Counted from the stretch's first letter, positions 38,901 to 49,529 are shown. The stretch is 64,000 nt of DNA from Flavobacteriaceae bacterium (GCA_049446615.1 JBMTQW010000001.1:11992-75991); one strand, 5' to 3'. The notes: generated by a model not told the origin, from the letters alone. A program made the numbers and translations.

Positions 38901-39143
38901 ATGAAAAAAGTAATTTTAGTACTGTGTCTGAGTTTAGTAATGAGTGTGACTTTAACTTCATGTAAAGACACAAAAAAAGAGAACAAAACGGAAACACATC
39001 AAAATCATGAACATGATGCTAATGAAACGGCAATGAACGCTTCTTACCAATGCCCTATGGATTGTGAAGAGGGGAAAATGTATGACAAAGCGGGTTCTTG
39101 TCCGATATGTAAGATGGAATTAAAAGAAGTAGAAAAACAATAG
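38901..39143 (+). CDS. Small lipoprotein with a Cys4 heavy-metal-binding domain
   Basis: The ATG at 38901 gives MKKVILVLCLSLVMSVTLTSC (lipobox), then YQCPMDCEEGKMYDKAGSCPICKMEL. This matches the motif at the N-terminus of the adaptor. Confidence 0.75.
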   Translation: MKKVILVLCLSLVMSVTLTSCKDTKKENKTETHQNHEHDANETAMNASYQCPMDCEEGKMYDKAGSCPICKMELKEVEKQ

Positions 39144-39157
39144 ATTAGTAGAATTAA

Positions 39158-39206
39158 GCAGCATCAAGAATGATTACATCATAATTTTTGATGTTGCTTT
39201 TTTTTT
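39158..39206 (+). terminator. Rho-independent terminator of the metal-efflux operon
   Basis: GCAGCATCAA (39158..39167) pairs with TTGATGTTGC (39188..39197) with one G-U pair, followed by a T9 run (39198..39206). It begins 15 nt after the stop codon. Confidence 0.65.
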
Positions 39207-39289
39207 GAGTAAATTATTTCCTTTTCACAATAACCTTTCTCTCGGTAGGTAATCAAATAAAAAACGCTCTATTTACCGAAGTACAGAAA

Positions 39290-40795
39290 ATGAAATATTA
39301 CAGTATGTCTATTCGATTTATCACCTTTATTCTCTTTTGTTTTTTACTTCTTATTTCCTGTCAAAATAAGACAACAGTAGGTCTTAATCGACCGAATATT
39401 CTTTTTGTTTTTGCCGACGATCAACGTGCTGATGCTTTGGGATTGGGTGAAAATCCTAATATAAATACACCCGCTTTAAATGCCTTAGCCCAAAACGGCG
39501 TTCGCTTTGACAATTGCTATGTTATGGGGGGGCATCACGGAGCAATTTGCGCTCCAAGCAGAGCAATGCTTATGAGTGGAAAAAATTTATTTAATGTATA
39601 TGACAGGCTTGACAGAGTGTTAACCCTTCCCCAGTACTTAAGTCAATTTGGCTACAGAACTTTTGGAACGGGAAAATGGCACAATGGAGCGGCCAGTTTT
39701 GAAGCTACTTTTCAAGAAGGTAAAAATGTTTTTTTAGGCGGTATGAGTGATCATTTTAATGTGCCCTGCCAAGACATTCAAGCCGACGGCACCTTGGGCG
39801 AAATTACCTATAAGCAATTTTCAACCGATTTATTTGCTGAGGCAGCAAATGCCTTTTTAAAAGAAACACATACACAGCCTTTTTTCTGTTATATAGCCTT
39901 TACGGCACCTCACGATCCGCGTTCACCCGCCACAGCCTATCAGGCCTCACTCAATGACAGGACAATTCCCCTTCCTCAAAACTTTATGCCCCTTCACCCC
40001 TTCCAGTTTGATGATTTTAATGTGCGTGATGAAACCTTAGCCCCCTGGCCTCGAACACCAGAGCTTATTCAATCGTCCCTAGCTGAATATTATGCCTTAA
40101 TTGAGCATATTGATGATCGTGTAGCAGAACTTATTGAAACCTTAAAACAAACCGGAGCCTATGACAATACCCTTATTATTTATGCTGCTGACAATGGTTT
40201 GGCCTTAGGTAGTCATGGTTTATTAGGAAAGCAAAACCTTTATGAACACAGTACAAAAGTGCCTTTACTATTGAGTGGTCCAGGTATTCCCAAAAATGAA
40301 GTGAAAGAGGCTTTGGTGTATTTGTACGACCTATTCCCAACCCTGACGGATTTGTTGCACATTCCCCTACCCGATGGCATTGATGGGAAAAGCATACTCC
40401 CTATTATAAAGGGCGAGGCAACAGATGTAAGAGAAACGCTATATACTGCTTATCGAAATACCGTTCGGGCGGTCCGAGATAAGGATTGGAAATTGATACG
40501 TTACCCCCAAATTGATTATACTCAGCTTTACCATTTAAAAAACGATCCCCAAGAAATTGAGAATCTGGCCACTACCCCTAGCCATCAAGCACGATTAGAA
40601 CAGATGATGGATTTACTCGTTCTTGAACATCAAAAAAATAAAGACACTATGAATTTGAACCCACCCCAAATTCAAGAAAAATACTATGACTATCGCCTCT
40701 TAAATCAAACTCCTGATCGGCATCAACCCGAATATATTCTTGAAAAATATTTTTATCCTTTTCAAAACAGGGATTCTAATCCAGGAAAAAATTAA
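39290..40795 (+). CDS. Sulfatase (formylglycine-dependent arylsulfatase family) lipoprotein
   Basis: 501 aa. Lipobox LLISCQ, metal site FVFADDQRADAL and FGly motif CAPSRAMLMSGK. Confidence 0.88.
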   Translation: MKYYSMSIRFITFILFCFLLLISCQNKTTVGLNRPNILFVFADDQRADALGLGENPNINTPALNALAQNGVRFDNCYVMGGHHGAICAPSRAMLMSGKNLFNVYDRLDRVLTLPQYLSQFGYRTFGTGKWHNGAASFEATFQEGKNVFLGGMSDHFNVPCQDIQADGTLGEITYKQFSTDLFAEAANAFLKETHTQPFFCYIAFTAPHDPRSPATAYQASLNDRTIPLPQNFMPLHPFQFDDFNVRDETLAPWPRTPELIQSSLAEYYALIEHIDDRVAELIETLKQTGAYDNTLIIYAADNGLALGSHGLLGKQNLYEHSTKVPLLLSGPGIPKNEVKEALVYLYDLFPTLTDLLHIPLPDGIDGKSILPIIKGEATDVRETLYTAYRNTVRAVRDKDWKLIRYPQIDYTQLYHLKNDPQEIENLATTPSHQARLEQMMDLLVLEHQKNKDTMNLNPPQIQEKYYDYRLLNQTPDRHQPEYILEKYFYPFQNRDSNPGKN

Positions 40796-40799
40796 GTTA

Positions 40800-42692
40800 T
40801 TAATTAAACATCCAAGCATTACGTAAATCAATAGCTGCTTGAGGAGCATTAGGGTTTTCAACTAATCCTTGTACAACAGCACTTGGTTCACCCACGGTTC
40901 CTTGGAGGGGTATTTCTTGGCCATCACGCTCAAGAATAACACTAAATTCTTTATTCGACCCCCACATAAAGGTTGGAGAGAAAATGGCATTTATTGCATC
41001 TCCATTTTCGGCTTTAATTTCAGGAAAACGTTGATCGTTCAACCCCAGGAATATATCTCCCAATTGAACTCCCATAGCTTCTAAAGTAGAATTTAGTCCC
41101 GTAACTACATACTGAACAATACCTTCTGAATTGGCTTGTGGACGGAAAAAAGGCATTTGCTTGTTTTGAAATAAAATACCGGGAAGCGGTGAATTGATCT
41201 CTCCCTCCATTAAACCAACTTTGGTGAAATAAGTGGCGTAATCTATTGGAGTTGAACCAATCACATGCGTAGTGAAGAAAGTACCCACTTCAGGATAAGT
41301 CATAGCCACAATTTCATCTATCAATTCACTGTCATTAAAAGGTTTTTCTGTTCCGTATTTCTTGGCTAAATTTTGCATAACCCATAAAATTCCTTTTTCC
41401 CCTCCACTTTGTTCCCGAATGATTAGGTCTAAACACATGTTTATTAAAGCCCCTTTCTGATACACATTGGCGTAATTTGAGGCATAAGGTTCATCTACAA
41501 TTCCTGCACTCATTTCAGTAAAGGAAAGTGCATCATCATAACGACGTGAATAGTCCACTTTTTCCAATATTCTCCCATAAAAATCTTGAGTATCGATTAA
41601 ACCTTGATTGATTTGAAATAAGTTGGCAAAATACTCGGTTGTTCCCTCATACATCCACAAATGTTGTGACATTATGGCTTTGTTGTATTCAAAATTGTGT
41701 ATCTCCTCAGAGTGAATATTTAGTGGCGTTAGGGTGTGAAAAAATTCATGCGATACAACATCCACCAAACTTTGTGTTAATTCATCCGGTTGCATGTCGT
41801 CTACAAAAACTACGGTGGTTGACGTGTGGTGTTCCAACGCACCCATCATTCCTCCAAAATATTGCAGGTCCTCCATATCCATTAAATGTAAAAGAATGTC
41901 GTAACGCTTTGTATTGTTTGCTTGACCAAGGAATTTTTTTTGTGCCACCATCATTTCCTGAATCGCAGGCTGGTATGCTTCGGCCTTATGCTTCCCTGAG
42001 GGGGAATATATCGCTAAGTTAACCTTTATGGCATCTAAATTAAAACTAACGGCGTTTGGAGCGCTGTATAATATGGGGTTGTCGATGATATGAAAATAGC
42101 GCTGAGCTAAAAACACATCTTTTCTATCACTCGCAGAAATTGCTGGTAATGAAGTAAAAGGCTTTAAGGTATCGGGGGAATGCACCTCTAATCGGTAAGG
42201 TATTTCTTTCAGATCTTCAAAATACCCAATAATACTGTGTAAGTTGAGTAAATACGTACTGTCTTTTTCAAAATTTGTCCCTCCCATAGGATAAATTTGA
42301 GATCCGTCAGGACCATCAAAAGTATCGTTCGCCCAATAGGTAATTTTGTCTAATTTTTTTGCTCCAGCAATACGCCAACTATTTTCATCTAATGCAGTAA
42401 CTTCTAAAGCATTTCCTTTTTTATCGAAGGCTTGAAGTCGATTGACAAACCGACCGAAGTTTGAATATTCATAGGTTCCAGGAACGATTTGTGGAATGTA
42501 AAAAACAATTTCATTTTGCTTCAACTTTGGCGGTGTAATCTCAATAAATACTTGATCGTCCTGAACATTAATCAAATCAATTTTGGCTTGAATTTCAGAG
42601 GGGTTTGTTCCTGTTTTAAGCGATGAACAGCTTGCAAAGACAACTGCTACTATAAGGGCAAGAAAAGAATTGTACACTGAGGATAAGGTCAT
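40800..42692 (-). CDS. M61 family metallopeptidase with a C-terminal PDZ domain (lipoprotein)
   Basis: 630 aa. Lipobox VFASCSS and zinc motif VVSHEFFHTL. Confidence 0.8.
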   Translation of the reverse strand: MTLSSVYNSFLALIVAVVFASCSSLKTGTNPSEIQAKIDLINVQDDQVFIEITPPKLKQNEIVFYIPQIVPGTYEYSNFGRFVNRLQAFDKKGNALEVTALDENSWRIAGAKKLDKITYWANDTFDGPDGSQIYPMGGTNFEKDSTYLLNLHSIIGYFEDLKEIPYRLEVHSPDTLKPFTSLPAISASDRKDVFLAQRYFHIIDNPILYSAPNAVSFNLDAIKVNLAIYSPSGKHKAEAYQPAIQEMMVAQKKFLGQANNTKRYDILLHLMDMEDLQYFGGMMGALEHHTSTTVVFVDDMQPDELTQSLVDVVSHEFFHTLTPLNIHSEEIHNFEYNKAIMSQHLWMYEGTTEYFANLFQINQGLIDTQDFYGRILEKVDYSRRYDDALSFTEMSAGIVDEPYASNYANVYQKGALINMCLDLIIREQSGGEKGILWVMQNLAKKYGTEKPFNDSELIDEIVAMTYPEVGTFFTTHVIGSTPIDYATYFTKVGLMEGEINSPLPGILFQNKQMPFFRPQANSEGIVQYVVTGLNSTLEAMGVQLGDIFLGLNDQRFPEIKAENGDAINAIFSPTFMWGSNKEFSVILERDGQEIPLQGTVGEPSAVVQGLVENPNAPQAAIDLRNAWMFN

Positions 42693-42706
42693 GATAATAA
42701 ATTGAA

Positions 42707-43378
42707 TTAAATTAGGGATTCACCATTTAAATCGGTGGTTAAGAGTTCAGACATATAGTCAAAAAAGGGTCGAATGGCCAAAAAATGATTCACTATTGAC
42801 TCCTGAAAGGAGGGCTGAACCACTTCTTTATCGGAAAATGATTTTGTGAATATGTATTGTTTTTTCTTTAAAAGGGAAATGTAAGGGTGCTCTTTTGAAA
42901 ACCCCTTAGGGGCAGTCTTTACTTCATCGCCCTCTAATCCCCCCCAATACGAGGTGATGGATTTATGTTGAAGTACAGTTTCCATTTCTTTTCCATCTTG
43001 TTCGATTTCTTTCCGAATTCGGAGTAAATCTTCTTTAGAAGGATCCCAAAATCCACAGGCAATAAAGGTATCGCCAGGACTAATGTGAATGTAATATCCA
43101 CCCCGCAAAGTGGGTTTTTTTCTATGCAAAGCAAGACCAAAATGAGTTTTGTACGGGGTTTTGTCTTTAGAAAAACGAACGTCTCTGTAAATTCTAAACA
43201 CCTTTACGTCATCCACTTCATCTTTTGTATTTAAGGCAAGTTGGACTTCTTGTCCAAATGACTTCATGGTTTTTTGATGTTGAACATACTCTTTTTTATG
43301 CTCCTCAAACCATTCGCGGTAATTGTTCGCTTTGAGTTGTTTTAAAAATTCAAAAATGGTGACAGGTAGACTTGTCAT
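42707..43378 (-). CDS. DUF2461 (TIGR02453) family protein
   Basis: 223 aa. Family core FRIYRDVRFSKDKTPYKTHFG. Confidence 0.8.
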   Translation of the reverse strand: MTSLPVTIFEFLKQLKANNYREWFEEHKKEYVQHQKTMKSFGQEVQLALNTKDEVDDVKVFRIYRDVRFSKDKTPYKTHFGLALHRKKPTLRGGYYIHISPGDTFIACGFWDPSKEDLLRIRKEIEQDGKEMETVLQHKSITSYWGGLEGDEVKTAPKGFSKEHPYISLLKKKQYIFTKSFSDKEVVQPSFQESIVNHFLAIRPFFDYMSELLTTDLNGESLI

Positions 43379-43387
43379 GCTTTTAGA

Positions 43388-45157
43388 TTATAATGATGTT
43401 GTTTCTGTGGAAATCCAGTTTTTAATTTTGTCTTCTAAATAGGACAAAGGTATACATCCAGATTCAAGCACTATACGATGGAAATGCTTGATGTCAAAAT
43501 CTGAGCCCAATGCAGTTTCTGCAAGAGTACGTAGTTCTCTGATTTTTAACTGTCCTACCTTGTAAGACAAGGCTTGACCTGGATTTGCCATATAACGCTC
43601 AACTTCTGAAATAATACTAGCCTCAGATTCGGCCTCATTGTCTAATGAATATTGAATGGCTTGCTCACGTGTCCATCCCTTTGCATGCAATCCGGTATCT
43701 ACAACCAAACGAATAGCTCTGTGAATTTCGGCTCCCAACATGCCAAAATACTGATACGGATCTTCATACAATCCCAATTCTTTTCCTAGGGACTCTGTAT
43801 ACAAGGCCCATCCTTCGCCGTAAGCACTGTACCATAAATCTTTTCGAAAGGATGGTAAATTTTCATTTTCCTGTTGTAAGGATATTTGAAAGTGATGTCC
43901 TGGAATGGCCTCGTGTAAAAAAAGATCTTCATCTGAAAAATTATTGTATTCGGTCACATTGGGTATCGGAACATAAAAAATACCCGGTCGGGTACCATCA
44001 AGTGATCCTTGATTGTATTCTGCACTTGCTGAGGCTTCTCTAAATGCTTCTGTTCGACGCACTTCAAAAGCCGTTTTAGGCTGCAATTCAAATAAGCGAT
44101 TCACTTGGGGCAACATACGTTCTTGTATGCTGTAAAAACGATCTATTACTTGTTGTGCATCAGTATAGGGCATTAATTCTTTTAGTGTTCTTACATGATC
44201 AAAAAACGCTTTTAAATCGCCCTTAAATCCGACTTGATCTTTAATTTTCTCCATTTCACTTTGGATACGGGCTACTTCATTCAAGCCTAATGTATGGATT
44301 TCCTCTGCTGTCATATCTGTAGTTGTGTACAGGCGAATAGCATATTGATAATACGCATCACCCTCGGGCAATGCGTTGAATCCACTTGATTCTCTTGAGG
44401 CTGCGAAGTATTCACCACTCATAAACTCAACTAAATCAGCGTATGCCGGAATAATTTTATTCTGAACCATCGCAGCATAGGCCGCTGAGAGTCGACTTCG
44501 TTCTTCTTCAGAAAAGCCTTCGGGAAGGTTTCGGATGGGTGAGTAAAACAAATGTTCATCCCATTGTGTTGTACTCATTACTTCCAATTGAGGGATTACT
44601 TTATGCACCAAAGAAGTAGGCAAAACCCATCCTACAGCCATGCCCTCCTTCATGTTCTCTTTGGCACTTTGTAGCCAGCTCAGGTACCCTTCAATACGAA
44701 TCAACCAATTGTCATAATCCTGAGGGGTTTTGAAGGGCTGAGCTCCCATTCCACTCGCCAATTGCCCCATGGTGAGCTGGAAACCCCACATTTGATCAAT
44801 GGGCATAAGGTCTTTCGGAAATTTAATTCCTTGTAAATACATTTCGCACTCCCACTTCAAAACTTTTTTACTCAGCTGTTGCTCTTCTGATAAAAGGGTG
44901 TCTGGATAGTTGGCTACTTCATTTAAGTAAGATTGAAAAAACGCTTTTTCTTTTGCTTCAAACGAAGAGGATAGGAAATTGGGCAAAGTGTCATTATACC
45001 TTGAATCTCCTTGAAATGTTCCATTGATTCGGTACAGCTTGATGTTTTCTTGGTAATAATTTTCTAGAAAATCATCAAAGGAAACCAAATCAGTTGAATT
45101 TTTCTCCTGACACGCCAGCAAGAAAATACTAAAGCAAAACAATAGGGATTTTTTCAT
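43388..45157 (-). CDS. DUF885 family lipoprotein (putative metallopeptidase-like)
   Basis: 589 aa. Lipobox FLLACQ and motif LHEAIPGHHFQ. Confidence 0.8.
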   Translation of the reverse strand: MKKSLLFCFSIFLLACQEKNSTDLVSFDDFLENYYQENIKLYRINGTFQGDSRYNDTLPNFLSSSFEAKEKAFFQSYLNEVANYPDTLLSEEQQLSKKVLKWECEMYLQGIKFPKDLMPIDQMWGFQLTMGQLASGMGAQPFKTPQDYDNWLIRIEGYLSWLQSAKENMKEGMAVGWVLPTSLVHKVIPQLEVMSTTQWDEHLFYSPIRNLPEGFSEEERSRLSAAYAAMVQNKIIPAYADLVEFMSGEYFAASRESSGFNALPEGDAYYQYAIRLYTTTDMTAEEIHTLGLNEVARIQSEMEKIKDQVGFKGDLKAFFDHVRTLKELMPYTDAQQVIDRFYSIQERMLPQVNRLFELQPKTAFEVRRTEAFREASASAEYNQGSLDGTRPGIFYVPIPNVTEYNNFSDEDLFLHEAIPGHHFQISLQQENENLPSFRKDLWYSAYGEGWALYTESLGKELGLYEDPYQYFGMLGAEIHRAIRLVVDTGLHAKGWTREQAIQYSLDNEAESEASIISEVERYMANPGQALSYKVGQLKIRELRTLAETALGSDFDIKHFHRIVLESGCIPLSYLEDKIKNWISTETTSL

Positions 45158-45220
45158 TTACAATGGATTTTATGCGCAAACTCAAAAGTACATTTTTTTA
45201 TAAAGTTTACCCGAAAGTGG

Positions 45221-45817
45221 TTATTTTTTTCTCTGTTCTAATATACCCACAACATCCTCTAAACGGTACCCTTTAGCTTGGAGTAAAATCAATAAATGGA
45301 AAAGTAAATCAGCACTTTCGTTTAAGAACAAATCCGAGTTATTGTCTTTTGATTCAATTACTGTTTCTACAGCTTCTTCCCCAACCTTTTGGGCAATTTT
45401 ATTAATTCCTTTTCTGAATAAAGATGCGATATAACTAGTGTCTTGATCGTTCTGTTTTCGATCGTGTATGGTTTCTTCAAGCTCAGATAAAAACCTAAAG
45501 GAGGCTGTGTTTTTTTCGTTCCAACACGTATCTGCTCCCGTGTGGCATGTAGGACCCTTAGGGTTGGCTTGAATCAAAAGAGTATCGTTATCACAATCGA
45601 TGCGAATGTCAACTAGTTCAAGAAAATGACCGCTCTCCTCCCCTTTAGTCCAAAGTCGCTTTTTGCTTCTACTAAAAAAAGTAACCCGCTGAGTGTCTTG
45701 GGTTTGTTGTAATGCTTCGGCATTCATATAGCCCAGCATTAATACTTTAGCTGTAGTAGCATCTTGAATTATAGCAGGAACAAGTCCCTCTTTTGATTTA
45801 GTAAAGTCTACGTTCAT
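45221..45817 (-). CDS. hisIE: Bifunctional phosphoribosyl-AMP cyclohydrolase / phosphoribosyl-ATP diphosphatase
   Basis: 198 aa. Cyclohydrolase Zn site CHTGADTCW and a C-terminal PRA-PH helical part. Confidence 0.93.
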   Translation of the reverse strand: MNVDFTKSKEGLVPAIIQDATTAKVLMLGYMNAEALQQTQDTQRVTFFSRSKKRLWTKGEESGHFLELVDIRIDCDNDTLLIQANPKGPTCHTGADTCWNEKNTASFRFLSELEETIHDRKQNDQDTSYIASLFRKGINKIAQKVGEEAVETVIESKDNNSDLFLNESADLLFHLLILLQAKGYRLEDVVGILEQRKK

Positions 45818-45823
45818 AATATG

Positions 45824-46579
45824 TTAAAGTCTAACAGGAATCTTTTTTTTATGCAATTCGCTTTTTAGTTCTGGAATGGAAATTTCACCAAAGTGAAATA
45901 CACTTGCCGCTAAAGCGGCATCTGCTTTACCTTCGGTAAAGGTAGCACTAAAATGAGACATGTTTCCGGCGCCACCAGAAGCAATAATCGGAATATTTAC
46001 GGTTTGTGAAAGTTCGGCTAATGCTTCATTGGCAAACCCCTTCTTCGTTCCATCATGGTCCATAGAGGTAAACAAAAGCTCACCGGCACCCCGTTGTTCT
46101 ACTTCTTTTGCCCAGTCAAATAAATTTAAAGTTGTGGGTACCTTTCCGCCTACCAAATGAACTTTCCACTTCCCCTCTATCTGTTTGGCATCAATGGCAA
46201 CTACGATACACTGACTGCCAAATTGGTAGGCCATTTCATCAATCAAATTTGGGGTTTTCACTGCTGCTGAATTTATGGACACTTTATCCGCGCCATTTTT
46301 TAAAAGTATTTCTACGTCCTCAAGAGCGCCAATACCCCCGCCAACGGTGAACGGAATGTCAATGGCTGAAGCCACTTTAAGTACTAAGGCTGCAAGTGTT
46401 TTTCGTTTTTGCTCCGTGGCGGAGATATCTAAAAACACCAATTCGTCTGCATTTTCGGATGCATACTTAGAAGCCAGTTCAACCGGGTCACCAGCGTCAC
46501 GTAAATTGATAAAATTGATTCCTTTTACCGTGCGACCGTCTTTTATATCCAAACAGGGAATTATTCTTTTGGTCAGCAT
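45824..46579 (-). CDS. hisF: Imidazole glycerol phosphate synthase cyclase subunit
   Basis: 251 aa. [20 protein letters not shown]. Confidence 0.95.
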   Translation of the reverse strand: MLTKRIIPCLDIKDGRTVKGINFINLRDAGDPVELASKYASENADELVFLDISATEQKRKTLAALVLKVASAIDIPFTVGGGIGALEDVEILLKNGADKVSINSAAVKTPNLIDEMAYQFGSQCIVVAIDAKQIEGKWKVHLVGGKVPTTLNLFDWAKEVEQRGAGELLFTSMDHDGTKKGFANEALAELSQTVNIPIIASGGAGNMSHFSATFTEGKADAALAASVFHFGEISIPELKSELHKKKIPVRL

Positions 46580-46580
46580 A

Positions 46581-47090
46581 TTAAGAATTTGATTGATTTA
46601 AATCCACATTTTTATAAAACCCAAGGTCTTGATTTGTAAGTTGCTTGACCCAAAAGGCAATTTGACCTACGTGATAGGAAAAATGCTCTACGGCATGAAG
46701 TACAACTCCTACTCCGGAAAGTTTAAACCCTTGTGCTTTTCTGATTTTTATATATTCTTTTGCCTCGGTTTTTTGAATTACTTCTACAGCCTCATGTATT
46801 GTTTTCTCCAAATGCTCCAATACTTCTTTTTTACTCATTCCCCCTTGAATTGAAAACTCTAGGTCACGTTTCCTTACATCCGATTGGCCTCCTAGTGAAG
46901 ATATAATGTATTGTCTCATGTTTCCACAAGAGTGTACTATCTGATTTCCTAAGGCTAACCCATTTTTTTGAGGATAAAGCCAGAGTTGTTGCTCATCTAT
47001 ATTGTTAAAAGCCAACAGAATCATGCGTTGTCCTTCTTTTAGGCGGAAGATGGCGTTGCTTTTAAATTCATAAAGTAAAAGGGTTTCCAT
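46581..47090 (-). CDS. DinB-family (DUF1572-like) protein embedded in the his operon
   Basis: 169 aa. His triad pattern: H in VHSCGNM, then HAVEH plus YHVGQ. The start shares 1 nt with the hisA stop, and the stop is 1 nt from the hisF start. Confidence 0.65.
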   Translation of the reverse strand: METLLLYEFKSNAIFRLKEGQRMILLAFNNIDEQQLWLYPQKNGLALGNQIVHSCGNMRQYIISSLGGQSDVRKRDLEFSIQGGMSKKEVLEHLEKTIHEAVEVIQKTEAKEYIKIRKAQGFKLSGVGVVLHAVEHFSYHVGQIAFWVKQLTNQDLGFYKNVDLNQSNS

Positions 47091-47815
47091 TAGGCTTGAT
47101 TTAAAATAAATTGTGAGAGTTGTTGTAAAGAAATACGATTTTCATAAAGTGCTTTCCCTATTATGGTTCCTTCACATCCCAAATCACGTAATTGGGGTAG
47201 TTCTTCAAACTTAGAAATCCCCCCCGAAGCAATTAAACGCAATTGGGTTTTCGATAAAATCTGTTGGTATAAATCAAAAGAAGGCCCCATTAACATCCCG
47301 TCTTTACTAATGTCTGTACAAATGGAATACACAACCCCCTGTGCTTGGTATTGGGATAATAAATCAAATAATTTCAGTTTAGAGGTTTCTAGCCAGCCAT
47401 TAGTAGCAATAAATTCACCCTTTACATCTGCACCCAAAATAATTTTTTCAGGTCCATAAGTAGCTAACCACTGTAAAAAAACTTCGGGTTGTTTTACGGC
47501 TATACTCCCCGCAGTTACTTGATTTGCTCCAGATTCAAAGGCTATTTTTACATCCTGATCTGTTTTAAGCCCTCCCCCAAAATCAATAGCCAATGGGGTT
47601 TGCCCTGCTATATTTTCTAGTACTTTATGATTAACAATATGATTTGATTTTGCCCCATCTAAGTCAACTAGATGGAGGTATTCTATTCCGTGATCTGCAA
47701 ATGCTTTGGCTACTTCAACTGGGTTTTCATTGTAAATTTTTTGTGTTTGGTAATCCCCTTTAGTTAACCGTACACATTTCCCTTCGATGATGTCTATTGC
47801 GGGTATTATTCTCAT
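47090..47815 (-). CDS. hisA: 1-(5-phosphoribosyl)-5-[(5-phosphoribosylamino)methylideneamino]imidazole-4-carboxamide isomerase
   Basis: 241 aa. [17 protein letters not shown]. Confidence 0.95.
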   Translation of the reverse strand: MRIIPAIDIIEGKCVRLTKGDYQTQKIYNENPVEVAKAFADHGIEYLHLVDLDGAKSNHIVNHKVLENIAGQTPLAIDFGGGLKTDQDVKIAFESGANQVTAGSIAVKQPEVFLQWLATYGPEKIILGADVKGEFIATNGWLETSKLKLFDLLSQYQAQGVVYSICTDISKDGMLMGPSFDLYQQILSKTQLRLIASGGISKFEELPQLRDLGCEGTIIGKALYENRISLQQLSQFILNQA

Positions 47816-48399
47816 TAGGGTAAGCTTAAAAAGTTTTGTAATACAACCTGTCCTGCTTTACTGCTTTTTTCAGGATGGAATTGAACCCCAAAAAAGTTTC
47901 TTTTTTGTACGGCAACACTATACAAACCATCATAATTGCTTTGAGCAATCGTTTCGGGAACAATAGGCACAAAATAGGAATGGACTAAATACATAAAGGT
48001 ACCTGGCGAAAGATGCTCAAAAAGGGGTGATGCTAAATTTTGTATAGAATTCCATCCCATTTGAGGTACTTTCACTTGAGAAGAGAATCGTTTTACTGTA
48101 GTAGACAATATCCCCAACCCGTTAACATTTCCTTCTTCGGTTTGTTCACATAGCAGTTGCATTCCCAAACAGATTCCCAATACGGGTTGAGTCAATTCAG
48201 GTAAAAGCAAGTCCAATTTCTTTTGCTTTAGTTTTTCCATTGCACTTTGTGCAGCGCCTTGACCTGGGAAGATCACTTTATCGGCGTGCTGAATGATATC
48301 CGAATCGGCAGTAAGCACACTGGAAACCCCTAACCGTTCAAGGGCAAACTGTAAACTTCTAGTGTTTCCGGCACCGTAATCTATTATGGCAACATTCAT
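47815..48399 (-). CDS. hisH: Imidazole glycerol phosphate synthase glutaminase subunit
   Basis: 194 aa. Nucleophile GICLGMQLL and VQFHPEKS. Confidence 0.95.
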   Translation of the reverse strand: MNVAIIDYGAGNTRSLQFALERLGVSSVLTADSDIIQHADKVIFPGQGAAQSAMEKLKQKKLDLLLPELTQPVLGICLGMQLLCEQTEEGNVNGLGILSTTVKRFSSQVKVPQMGWNSIQNLASPLFEHLSPGTFMYLVHSYFVPIVPETIAQSNYDGLYSVAVQKRNFFGVQFHPEKSSKAGQVVLQNFLSLP

Positions 48400-48400
48400 G

Positions 48401-49528
48401 TTATAACATTCCTTTTGTTGAAGGCAAGATCATTCGATCTGGGTCGCGTTGAATAGCCCTTTTAATTGCTTTTGCAAACGCTTTAAAAATGGCCTCAATT
48501 TTATGGTGTTCATTCGTTCCTTCCGCTTTGATGTTAAGGTTGGCTTTGGCTCCGTCAGAAAAGGATTTAAAAAAATGAAAAAACATTTCTGTAGGCATTT
48601 CTCCAATTTTTTCGCGTTTAAAATCAGCATCCCACACGATCCAATTTCGTCCTCCAAAATCAATAGCAACTTGAGCTAAGCAATCGTCCATTGGCAAACA
48701 AAATCCATAACGCTCCATGCCCAACTTATCTCCTAAAGCTTGATAAAACGCTTCCCCTAGGGCTATAGCAGTGTCTTCAATAGTGTGATGTTCATCAACA
48801 TGCAAATCACCCTTAGTCTTTAGATTTAGGTCTATACCTCCATGTCGCGCCAATTGATCTAACATGTGGTCAAAAAATGGAATCCCGGTATCTATTGTCC
48901 CTTTTCCACTTCCCTCAAGGGTAATGTCCAATTCAATTTGGGTTTCCTTTGTATTGCGTTGATAAGAAGTTTTTCGGGGTTGTAATTTTAAATAAGTGTA
49001 GATTTCTTTCCATGCTGTTGTAGAAAAAACGATGGCGTTTTGTGCCTCAGGGCTGCTTTCTTCCGCACCTAAAGCAGGATCATTCGCTATGAAAATTCCT
49101 TGGCACCCTAAGTTATTTGCCAATTCCATGTCGGTAAAACGATCCCCTATAACATATGAATTTTTAAGATCATAATCGTTTGTGTTCATATACTGGGTCA
49201 GCATTCCCGTACGAGGCTTACGTGTTGGGGCATTATCTTGGGGAAAACTTTTGTCAATTAAAACTTCCTCAAACTCCACACCTTCATTTTTAAAGCTTTG
49301 CACAATAAAATTCTGAACGGGCCAAAAAGTTTCTTCTGGAAAAGCGTTTGTTCCTAAACCATCTTGATTTGTAACCATCACCAGTTTATACTCTAATTCT
49401 TTTGCGATTTTGCCCAAATAAGTAAATACATTCGGGTAAAACTCCAGTTTTTCAAAGGCATCAAGTTGGTATCCATCCGGTTCCAAGGCTAAGGTTCCGT
49501 CTCGGTCGATAAACAGTATTTTTTTCAT
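48401..49528 (-). CDS. hisB: Bifunctional histidinol-phosphatase / imidazoleglycerol-phosphate dehydratase
   Basis: The start at [13 protein letters not shown] (ATG 49526..49528) carries the HAD motif DRDGT. IGPD motif [14 protein letters not shown]. The longer track ORF would overlap hisC. Confidence 0.93.
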   Translation of the reverse strand: MKKILFIDRDGTLALEPDGYQLDAFEKLEFYPNVFTYLGKIAKELEYKLVMVTNQDGLGTNAFPEETFWPVQNFIVQSFKNEGVEFEEVLIDKSFPQDNAPTRKPRTGMLTQYMNTNDYDLKNSYVIGDRFTDMELANNLGCQGIFIANDPALGAEESSPEAQNAIVFSTTAWKEIYTYLKLQPRKTSYQRNTKETQIELDITLEGSGKGTIDTGIPFFDHMLDQLARHGGIDLNLKTKGDLHVDEHHTIEDTAIALGEAFYQALGDKLGMERYGFCLPMDDCLAQVAIDFGGRNWIVWDADFKREKIGEMPTEMFFHFFKSFSDGAKANLNIKAEGTNEHHKIEAIFKAFAKAIKRAIQRDPDRMILPSTKGML

Positions 49529-49529
49529 G

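Noticed and set aside
40790-40809. The palindromic-looking AATTAAGTTATTAATTAAAC between the convergent sulfatase and M61 genes.
   Set aside because: It consists of the two opposing stop codons in AT-rich sequence, with no stable stem or T-tract.
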